From: Armatimonadota bacterium
GTDB taxonomy: Bacteria > Vulcanimicrobiota > JACPDS01 > JBDRKI01
Direction of reading: 5' to 3'
DNA length: 11,081 nucleotides
Assembly (NCBI GenBank): GCA_043814095.1
Contig: JBDRKI010000025.1
Coordinates: forward strand, 1 to 11,081
Shown: positions 1 to 7,269 of the stretch, in pieces
Layout: every line of letters starts with the position of its first letter
How positions within the stretch are numbered: the stretch's first letter is position 1
Made by a program: the position numbers and the translations under genes
The notes under the pieces: model-generated
The model's database searches: none
What the model was told of the DNA's origin: nothing
The model's input: only the letters and a program-made list of their open reading frames with translations

Positions 1-890
1 GCCTGAGATCTTGTAATTAAAAGCTCATCTTTTAATGTTTCAAGATACAGAGAAGAAGGATCATACTGGCATAATGCAGGTATCTGGTCCTGACCGAAAA
101 TCTTCTTGCAGATATTTTTCTTATACAATAATTTCCTTATAATAATAGTTAACGGCGTCTCTCTCCCGACAGCGCCGAAATCCGCAGAACCGTATCCTGA
201 CCATACTGCCATTATATCTTCTTTTTTATGGCCTAAGAGTCTGCCTGCGTATTCTCTGAAATGCTCTGAATAGCTCTCCCCTACAAGCCCCAGCTTTAAA
301 TTATACTTTTTTAAAGGAAGCTTCATATCTTTGGCTTTTTCAAGCACTTCTTTTGTAAAAGGCGGATAGCTTATAAGGAGGGTCTGAGAAAAAGAAGGCG
401 CAAACCTTTTCATAATATTTATTATCTCATCCTGTTTTGAACCCGGTGTTATAACAGTAATATTTTTACCGGAAAGAGCTAATGATCTCATAGCCCATGA
501 TGTCTGCTCACCGCTCACCCAGCTGCCGAGCCCTAACCCTACTATGATAAGAGTATCTTTTTTGCTTATATTATGGGCTTCTTCCAAGCCAAGCCCCAAC
601 CAGTAAGGTAGGTTCTTCTCTTCTTCGGGAAGTTTCGGCCAGTAAACAGGTTCGCTTGTTGTACCTGATGAGGAGTAAATAAAATGTTTGCCCGATAAAG
701 TGCCGTCAATGCACAGGTCTGTAAGATCATGTTTTAATATATAATCTTTCTTACTTGTTACAGGGAGTTTCTTAAAGTCATTCATATCTTTTATTCTGGG
801 AATGCGCTTGCTTTTGTTCTTTAAAAACTTCTTATATGCAGGTACCCTTTTTAATGTTGTATTATAAATATCTATAGGATTTAAGCTCAT
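1..890 (-). CDS. Phenylacetate-CoA ligase (PaaK)/F390 synthetase-like adenylate-forming enzyme, 3'-truncated by the window edge
   Basis: Not in the ORF track; translated by hand. ATG at 890-888 with GGAG 6 nt upstream (900-897), and the frame stays open to base 1 (296 codons). Translation: MSLNPIDIYNTTLKRVPAYKKF...LPVTSKKDY...YSSSGTTSEPVYWP...ISYPPF...LVGESYSE...SGYGSADFG...LITRSQ. It carries the ANL P-loop (SSGTT) and a YGxxD motif. Confidence 0.85.
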   Translation of the reverse strand, partial: MSLNPIDIYNTTLKRVPAYKKFLKNKSKRIPRIKDMNDFKKLPVTSKKDYILKHDLTDLCIDGTLSGKHFIYSSSGTTSEPVYWPKLPEEEKNLPYWLGLGLEEAHNISKKDTLIIVGLGLGSWVSGEQTSWAMRSLALSGKNITVITPGSKQDEIINIMKRFAPSFSQTLLISYPPFTKEVLEKAKDMKLPLKKYNLKLGLVGESYSEHFREYAGRLLGHKKEDIMAVWSGYGSADFGAVGRETPLTIIIRKLLYKKNICKKIFGQDQIPALCQYDPSSLYLETLKDELLITRSQ

Positions 891-902
891 TTTTTACTCC
901 CT

Positions 903-924
903 TTATATCAGTATATTGATATAA
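903..924. promoter_or_regulatory. Near-perfect palindrome (candidate operator) just upstream of the RBS of the 1-890 ligase gene
   Basis: TTATATCA-gtatat-TGATATAA at 903-924. TTTATATCA also occurs at 902-910 and 936-944. The context is AT-rich, so chance is possible. Confidence 0.4.
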
Positions 925-943
925 TTTTGACAATATTTATATC

Positions 944-971
944 ATTATACTATTATAGCATCATTTTTCAA
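944..971 (-). promoter_or_regulatory. Putative sigma70 promoter for the 1-890 ligase gene
   Basis: On the minus strand: TTGAAA (971-966), 16 bp, TATAAT (949-944). An alternative extended -10, TGCTATAAT, lies at 960-952. Confidence 0.5.
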
Positions 972-1073
972 GAAATAAGTCAATAAATACAAGAATATTC
1001 TAGCGCATTTGAGATTCCGGTCTTCGGAGTATTTTCTATAACCCCGCAGAAGGACAAGATTACAAACCTCAAC

Positions 1074-1102
1074 TTGCTTTTTGAAGCGATTAATGCTATA
1101 AT
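1074..1102 (+). promoter_or_regulatory. Putative sigma70 promoter of the fic gene
   Basis: TTGCTT (1074-1079), 17 bp, TATAAT (1097-1102), with an extended -10 TG at 1094-1095. An AGGA RBS at 1154-1157 precedes ATG 1162. Confidence 0.7.
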
Positions 1103-1143
1103 TGTATCATAATCTGAAGCGATTAATAGGCCTAATCGCTTCA
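1082..1143. promoter_or_regulatory. Operator-like repeats upstream of fic: one half-site plus a perfect inverted repeat
   Basis: TGAAGCGATTAAT occurs at 1082-1094 and 1115-1127 (33-bp spacing). TGAAGCGATTA-N7-TAATCGCTTCA forms a perfect 11-bp inverted repeat at 1115-1143. Confidence 0.7.
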
Positions 1144-1161
1144 TGAAAAAGCGAGGATAAA

Positions 1162-2298
1162 ATGAAATATATATGGCAAAGCGACCCATGGCCGGAATTA
1201 AGCTGGGATAGCGATATTCTCCTACCCTTATTAGGAAAAGCACGCCTTATACAGGGAAAATGCCTTGGCCGCATAAAACGACTCGGACTCAACCTGGACA
1301 AAGAGGCACAGGTGGATATCCTTACAGAAGAAACAATTAAAACAGCAGCAATTGAGGGAGAACGATTAAATCCTCAAACAGTACGTTCATCAGTTGCCAG
1401 ACATTTAGGTTTGGAAGAGGCAGGATTAGCTTCTTCCACCCGATTAGTGGACGGCTTAGTTGAAGTCATTTTAGATGCCACTCAGAATTATAACAGTCCT
1501 ATTTCTGCGGCCAGACTTAAAGGGTGGCATGCTGCACTTTTTCCTACAGGATATTCCGGTATTCATAAAATTCGGGTTGGCCAATGGCGCGGAAAAGGGC
1601 CAATGCGGGTAGTATCAGGACCAATAGGCAAAGAAAAAATCCATTTTGAAGCACCTCCAGAGGAAATAGTGAAATCCGAAATGCAGCATTTCTTAACCTG
1701 GTGGGGAAAAAGCCGTAAAGATACAGACGGGATTTTGCGCGCAGGCATAGCTCACCTTTATTTTGTAATTATTCATCCATTTGATGACGGTAACGGCCGT
1801 CTAGCACGCGCGTTAACAGATATGGCTCTTGCACAGGACGAAAAATCAAAAATTCGTTATTACAGTCTTTCCTCCCAAATTATGGAGGAAAGAAAAAAAT
1901 ATTATGAAATTCTTGAAGAATGCACTAATAGTAACGGCACAGATATAACCGAATGGCTTGTTTGGTTTTTAGAGTGCTTTGAACGCGCGATACAAAAATC
2001 CAATAACATTATTGGAAATGTCTTAGCTAAAGCCGAGTTTTGGCAGGAACATGCGCAGTCGGGAATTAATGAACGCCAGAAAAAAGTTTTAAACCCTATG
2101 CTGGAGGCAGGCCCCGGAGGCTTTGAGGGCGGCCTAACCACACGCAAATATGCAAGCATTGCCAAGGTCAGCCGTGCTACGGCATTTCGAGAAATATCGG
2201 AAATGATTAAGAAAAAAATCTTATACCAATTACCGGGTAAAGGGCGTAATATTCGTTATGATTTAATCTGGCCCCGGACAGATAAAAAGAAAATTTAA
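1162..2298 (+). CDS. Fic family protein with N-terminal DUF4172-like region and probable C-terminal HTH
   Basis: Canonical Fic motif HPFDDGNGRLAR (1774-1809). Inhibitory-helix-type (S/T)xxxE(G/N) motif TAAIEG (1342-1359) N-terminal to the active site. YIWQxxxWP start typical of DUF4172-Fic proteins. C-terminal TTRKYASIAKVSRATAFREI is HTH-like. Confidence 0.93.
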   Translation: MKYIWQSDPWPELSWDSDILLPLLGKARLIQGKCLGRIKRLGLNLDKEAQVDILTEETIKTAAIEGERLNPQTVRSSVARHLGLEEAGLASSTRLVDGLVEVILDATQNYNSPISAARLKGWHAALFPTGYSGIHKIRVGQWRGKGPMRVVSGPIGKEKIHFEAPPEEIVKSEMQHFLTWWGKSRKDTDGILRAGIAHLYFVIIHPFDDGNGRLARALTDMALAQDEKSKIRYYSLSSQIMEERKKYYEILEECTNSNGTDITEWLVWFLECFERAIQKSNNIIGNVLAKAEFWQEHAQSGINERQKKVLNPMLEAGPGGFEGGLTTRKYASIAKVSRATAFREISEMIKKKILYQLPGKGRNIRYDLIWPRTDKKKI

Positions 2299-2308
2299 AG
2301 CGCGACCA

Positions 2309-4936
2309 TTACTTCCTCTTATCCTCTGTAAGCCTTATTTTACCGGTTCTTTTGTTCCTGGGAATGCTCCCGGGAGGAAGAACCTCTACAGTTATAGGGG
2401 CTATCAATTTTTTTGAGAGCATTGTAGTAAGCTCTTTTGAATTAGAATATATCTTCTCTTCAAGTTTTTTTGATAAAACATTTAAATCTGCTGATGAACT
2501 TGAAGCCTCCGCTTTTATTACAAGCTGGTCTTTTCCCTTATTAAGCTCTGCCGTTAAAGAAAAGTTGGGACTTAGGCCCTTTATGTTCTCTATAGCCTCC
2601 CTTATAACTTCGGGATAAATATTCCCTCCGCCTATTATAAGGACATCATCACTTCTGCCGAGAAGTTCAAATAAAGGCCCTTTCACGCCGCAGGGACATT
2701 CTTTGTAAACCCATCTTCCCATATCTCCCACATCATATCTTATTACCGGTTGGAGGCGTCTGTTAAGGTTTGTAACTATAATTTTACCTTCTTCTCCCTT
2801 TTTTACGGGTTTTAAAGTTTGGGAATTTAATATCTCAACATACTGCAGTTTACTGTTAATATGATGCAGACCCCCTGAAAGATGCCTGCACTGGTATCCT
2901 ATGGCACCTACATCATTCGTTGCATAACCTATTGATGCTATTCTTTCTGAGGAGAATACTTTTTTAATATAATTAAGGTTTTCCTTGAATATATGCTCTC
3001 CCCCGCTTAATATCTTGGGTATCTTAATCTTAACTTTTTTTTCTTTGGCAAGAGAAGCTATGGACATAAGCACTGACGGTATAGCCAAGACCGCATCGGG
3101 CTTAAACATAACAAGATAATTTAATATCTCTTCTGCTTCTATATTCCCGCCTATAGGCAGGTTAATGCATCCTGCTTTCTCAATGGCTTTTGAGAAGCTT
3201 AAAAATGAACCCCACATATTACCGGCAAATAAAAGATTGGCAACCGTATCTCCTTTATCTAGCGCGGCTGACAAGAGCCCTTTTGCAAGAAACCCGGCAT
3301 TATAGTCCTGCTCTTCTACGGTTCGGAACACAAACTTAGGATCACCTGTCGTACCACCACTTGTAAATACATACCCGTTAGGCTGGGTCTGTGTAAGAGC
3401 ATCTGTGTTTTTAGGAGGCAGGTTTTTCTTTAACTCGTCAGGAGCTGTTAAAGGAACTTTCTCCCACCATGAATTATTACTTTCTTCTGTTTTTATATTA
3501 TCAAATTTAACATTTTTAAATTTCTTTTTGTAAAAAGGAGAGTTTTGTTTTGCAAACAAAACTAATTCCTTTAAACTATCCTTAACAATTTCTTCTTTAT
3601 CACCTGTTAAAGACACCCATTTTACAAGCTGCTCTAAGGAGTATACACCGTCATGGGGAACACCGTGAACACGGCTTGTCATCTTCCCTATGGAGGTAAA
3701 TCTATCAGCCCCTGTAAAGGCAAAAAGGTCAGCTACTTTCTTTCTTTTTTCCTCATCCGCGGCAATTGATACGGTCTGTATATACCTGCCCATATCTTTT
3801 AATATATCAGGCACTTTAAAAAGATTATCAACTTCTTTTACAAATAAGGTACGGTTAAGGCACGATATGGTAAAACCTTCTTCTTTTTCTAATATTACCG
3901 ACCAGCTTTCATTGCCTTTACCGAATAAATATTCGGCCTCATCATGCGCTTTTGCTGCTTTAGCGAGCTGTCTTACCTTTTTTATCTCAACTTTCTCATC
4001 AATACTTAATTTTTTCTGAGGCAGAACCTTATTTATCTTTTTAAAAACTTCCGCGATAAGTTCTGCAAGCTTTTCTGCGTTTTTAAACTTGACCTTCCCT
4101 TTTTCAACATATACAACATGAGGCGATGCGCATGCACTCTGTTCCCATCTTGATACATCAAGAGCTATCCCGTATGCAATATCTTTTTTATCAAAAAATT
4201 CTTTTGCAACAAGGGCTAAGCTGTATTTAGGCCCATATTCTATAAGGCGTGTATAAACACCTAAATCTTTCCTGTAACTTTCTACCGCTTCTTTACCTCC
4301 GTAAACAACTACCGCATCAGCGTTTTTCTTAACAAGAGTCTCTGTTTCTTTATCTGCGCTTTTCCATGAAATAACACTGAAAGAAGATGATAATATGCCT
4401 TCTGTATCAGCTTCTTGTAAGCTCTCACAGAAAAGAAGCGGGAAAACCGGATCATCAGAGGACATCTTAAGGATATTAACATTTTTGGTTATAAAGCCCT
4501 GGGTAAGGCTGTCTAGGGGGCCTACAAATACATTCCCCGCGCCTATATGAATAACAACTCCCCTAGGTTCTGCTCTGGTATAACCTGAAAGCTTACTACA
4601 GTAGCTCCAGGAGTTAAGAATATCCATATTGCCAAGCTCACATGCAATTCTTTTTTCAAGATTCTCGCGTTTTAGAAGATCAACTAAAAAATCAATCTCT
4701 TCTTCTATCATTTTTTCATGAAAACCGGTAAGAGCAGGCATTAACTTTAAAGCTTTCCTGCGCAGGTGATAATTTTTATCCTCCCATAGATAAGATACTT
4801 TATCCAGAATATTAATTATCTTCTCAACAGGATAATTTCTTACCCTTTTTCTTTTTTTTTCGGCTTCTTTTAAAACTTTATTTATAGATACTTTAGATAC
4901 ATTATCTATAAATTTACCGAATATGTATGATCTCAT
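2309..4936 (-). CDS. Fusion of an N-terminal LuxC-like acyl-CoA/acyl-protein reductase and a C-terminal PaaK-like adenylate-forming ligase (about 875 aa)
   Basis: N half (4936 to ~3608): PRGVVIHIGAGNV, LKMSS, YGGKEAV, YGPKYS, catalytic-type Cys in EQSACASPH (codon 4132-4130), and PHDG. C half: NSPFY, P-loop TSGGTTGDPK (3364-3335), GYATNDVG, RYDVGD and LGRSDD. Start placed at ATG 4936 because the track's GTG at 4945 lies within the RBS AAGGTGA. Confidence 0.88.
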   Translation of the reverse strand: MRSYIFGKFIDNVSKVSINKVLKEAEKKRKRVRNYPVEKIINILDKVSYLWEDKNYHLRRKALKLMPALTGFHEKMIEEEIDFLVDLLKRENLEKRIACELGNMDILNSWSYCSKLSGYTRAEPRGVVIHIGAGNVFVGPLDSLTQGFITKNVNILKMSSDDPVFPLLFCESLQEADTEGILSSSFSVISWKSADKETETLVKKNADAVVVYGGKEAVESYRKDLGVYTRLIEYGPKYSLALVAKEFFDKKDIAYGIALDVSRWEQSACASPHVVYVEKGKVKFKNAEKLAELIAEVFKKINKVLPQKKLSIDEKVEIKKVRQLAKAAKAHDEAEYLFGKGNESWSVILEKEEGFTISCLNRTLFVKEVDNLFKVPDILKDMGRYIQTVSIAADEEKRKKVADLFAFTGADRFTSIGKMTSRVHGVPHDGVYSLEQLVKWVSLTGDKEEIVKDSLKELVLFAKQNSPFYKKKFKNVKFDNIKTEESNNSWWEKVPLTAPDELKKNLPPKNTDALTQTQPNGYVFTSGGTTGDPKFVFRTVEEQDYNAGFLAKGLLSAALDKGDTVANLLFAGNMWGSFLSFSKAIEKAGCINLPIGGNIEAEEILNYLVMFKPDAVLAIPSVLMSIASLAKEKKVKIKIPKILSGGEHIFKENLNYIKKVFSSERIASIGYATNDVGAIGYQCRHLSGGLHHINSKLQYVEILNSQTLKPVKKGEEGKIIVTNLNRRLQPVIRYDVGDMGRWVYKECPCGVKGPLFELLGRSDDVLIIGGGNIYPEVIREAIENIKGLSPNFSLTAELNKGKDQLVIKAEASSSSADLNVLSKKLEEKIYSNSKELTTMLSKKLIAPITVEVLPPGSIPRNKRTGKIRLTEDKRK

Positions 4937-4949
4937 AATAATCACCTTT

Positions 4950-6155
4950 CTACAAATCTGAGAAACCCTTAATCCTGTATATCAGAAAAGAACAGAGAAT
5001 AATGCTTGCACCCGATATAATAAATATATTCTGTACTGATACAAAATCAGCGGCTGCCCCTATAAACCCGTACGCTATGGGCTGCATTGAAAAAACAAGC
5101 GAATTTATAATGGAAAATACCCTGCCCCTTATATCGTCCGGTACCGCCCTCTGAAACATTACTATAAGGTATATGTTTAAAAGACCCAAGGAACTCCCGA
5201 ATACAAAAAGGGAGATGCTCCCCTGTATAAGATTGCCGGCAAAGGCAAGAAAAATATAGCCCAACCCCATTACAAATATGGTTAATGAAACAAGCAATGC
5301 TTTCTTTTTAATCTCCGAAAAAACCGCAGCGTATAAAGTAGCTGCAAACATACCGGCATAAACCATTGAATTTAAAATACCGAAAGCCCCTGCTTCTGCT
5401 TTCAAAACAGTTTTAGTAAATACCGGTAAGAGCACCAGTATTGAAGCCGTAAAGAAATTAACCACCCCGAAAAAGAGCAGCATCTTCCCGAACACGCTGT
5501 TAACACAGAGGTATTTTATCCCCTCTTTTATATCCTTAAATAAATTCTTCTCTTTTGTCCGTACTGTATGCTTCGGGATTGAGAGTAAAACTAAAAATAC
5601 GGTAGATACTAAAAACGAACCAGCATTAATGGTAAACGCGAAAGGAACACCGGATACGGCTATAAGCACCCCTCCTAAGAAGAATCCTAAAAAACCGGAT
5701 AAAGTTGTGCTTACCTGCATTAAAGAGTTTGCGGGAGCAAGCTCTTTATCTTCAACAAAATTGGGTATAGATGATAAAAGAGCAGGATTAAAAAACGTAT
5801 TAAATATAGAGGCTATTACGGTTGTTACATAAAGCCAGATGGGGGTTAAAGTTTCCTGGTATGCAAGATATGCCACAAAACCTATTACAATAAACCTGCC
5901 TATATCGGCTATTATCATAATCTTTCTTCTGTCATACCTGTCTATAAAAGAACCAGCTATAGGGCTTAATAAAACAGCAGGTAAAGAGACACATATAAGG
6001 CCTATACCTGTATCAAGAGCAGAACCAGTGTAATTATAAAGGAACCACAGAAAAGCGATAGTATGTATCCTGTCGCCTATCTGTGATACCACCTGGCCTG
6101 CCCATAACAGAAAAAAATTCTTATTTTTAAATAATTTCAAAACCTGATTATCCAT
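4950..6155 (-). CDS. MFS transporter, DHA3/MefA-EntS-like efflux type (about 401 aa)
   Basis: About 12 hydrophobic segments; NFFLLWAGQVVSQIGD, MFS motif A GSFIDRYDRRKIM, and VPDDIRGRVFS. Start placed at ATG 6155 (GGAG at 6170-6167; TAATG overlap with the luxE-like stop) rather than 6188. Confidence 0.92.
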   Translation of the reverse strand: MDNQVLKLFKNKNFFLLWAGQVVSQIGDRIHTIAFLWFLYNYTGSALDTGIGLICVSLPAVLLSPIAGSFIDRYDRRKIMIIADIGRFIVIGFVAYLAYQETLTPIWLYVTTVIASIFNTFFNPALLSSIPNFVEDKELAPANSLMQVSTTLSGFLGFFLGGVLIAVSGVPFAFTINAGSFLVSTVFLVLLSIPKHTVRTKEKNLFKDIKEGIKYLCVNSVFGKMLLFFGVVNFFTASILVLLPVFTKTVLKAEAGAFGILNSMVYAGMFAATLYAAVFSEIKKKALLVSLTIFVMGLGYIFLAFAGNLIQGSISLFVFGSSLGLLNIYLIVMFQRAVPDDIRGRVFSIINSLVFSMQPIAYGFIGAAADFVSVQNIFIISGASIILCSFLIYRIKGFSDL

Positions 6156-7267
6156 TATTTTAAATACTCCGATGCCGTAAGAGCGCACCCTTTATAAAGG
6201 GTTGTTCCCGCGCGTCTTAAGATTGTAAAATACGGCCTCTTTATACCACACTTACATTTACTCTTAGATATATAACCCAGATCTGATGATAAAATATTAA
6301 ATGACGGCATGCTCCTTATATAAGGTGTTATAAACTGGAGAAGCCCTTCACTCCCATTAGGCATTATCTTTTCCGTAAGGGGATCCCTTACAAGTATCTT
6401 TGAGTAAACAAGCTCATGAAAATTGCCTTCGGGACATGATATATATGGAACACCGTGTTCTACCATACCGAATACATCCCTTATCCTGCTTTCAGGGATA
6501 CAGAAAAAGGAAGATAAAAGATTCCTGTATTCATCTTTAAGTATGGCATCCCCAGTATGGAGCTTCCATCCTCCCCCGTTTATTACAAGACTCTCGGGAT
6601 GCAAGGGAAGCTTTTTATGTTTTTCCATAAGCTTTCTTACGGTAAAATACGTAAAAGACGGGAACCCTATAATTCTTACAGGTTCACCGCTTTCCGCAGC
6701 TTTCTTAAGATAATCTCCTGCCTCATTTATATCAAATGTAAAATCCTCACCTTTTTTACGTTTTCTTAATGCGTAATATCTATCTATTGCAGGAGCAAAA
6801 ACAGAATACATGTAATGGGCATAAGCTGCGCCCCTGCCCTTGCTCTGGTCATAATCATAAGTAAACATTACATAATGTGCTTTTTTATCTGATACAAGGC
6901 CCAAAGAACGCATACTCTGCTGCCTCATGAAATTATGCCTGTACATAGATAGTTTATCCCACATTATCCTGCTTACAGTTCCCTTTGTACCGCTTGAAGC
7001 AAGCTCAAAGATTATATTCTTCTCCGGAACCGATAAAAGTTTATACTGTTTTAATACATCAACAAAAATATAAGGGATATTTACAATATCTTTTTCTTTT
7101 TTTATCTTAGACGGATTAAAGTTATTCTGATTGCATAAATTTCTATAAAAAGGACTGTTATTATAATGAAAATTAACTGTTTCTTTTATACTCTCGAGAA
7201 ACAGCCTATCCGTTTTTTCATTTTTTAAAAAAACATCTTCTCTATTGAAAATAAGTTCGGTACTCAT
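6155..7267 (-). CDS. LuxE-like acyl-protein synthetase
   Basis: SSGTKG P-loop, IIGFP, GGGWK, RIRDVFGMVEH and SSDLG, plus C-terminal RAG...KGCA with Cys361 (codon 6187-6185) at the position expected for the LuxE acylated cysteine. Its 370-aa length matches LuxE. No symbol is given because there is no luxAB context. Confidence 0.9.
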   Translation of the reverse strand: MSTELIFNREDVFLKNEKTDRLFLESIKETVNFHYNNSPFYRNLCNQNNFNPSKIKKEKDIVNIPYIFVDVLKQYKLLSVPEKNIIFELASSGTKGTVSRIMWDKLSMYRHNFMRQQSMRSLGLVSDKKAHYVMFTYDYDQSKGRGAAYAHYMYSVFAPAIDRYYALRKRKKGEDFTFDINEAGDYLKKAAESGEPVRIIGFPSFTYFTVRKLMEKHKKLPLHPESLVINGGGWKLHTGDAILKDEYRNLLSSFFCIPESRIRDVFGMVEHGVPYISCPEGNFHELVYSKILVRDPLTEKIMPNGSEGLLQFITPYIRSMPSFNILSSDLGYISKSKCKCGIKRPYFTILRRAGTTLYKGCALTASEYLK

Positions 7268-7269
7268 TA

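Noticed and set aside
980-1301. Minus-strand ORFs 980-1243 and 1107-1301 as a possible Fic antitoxin or small proteins
   Set aside because: They are antisense to fic and its promoter, have no recognisable motifs, and the Fic protein already carries its own inhibitory motif.
980-2308. IS element or transposon carrying fic
   Set aside because: No transposase, terminal inverted repeats or target-site duplication could be identified.
4852-4860. A9 tract early in the fusion gene as a phase-variation site
   Set aside because: The frame is intact, and similar 8-9 nt A/T runs are common in this Lys-rich, AT-rich DNA.
2309-7267. Bioluminescence (lux) operon
   Set aside because: No luxA, luxB, luxD or luxG in the window; gene order and the fusion differ from luxCDABE.
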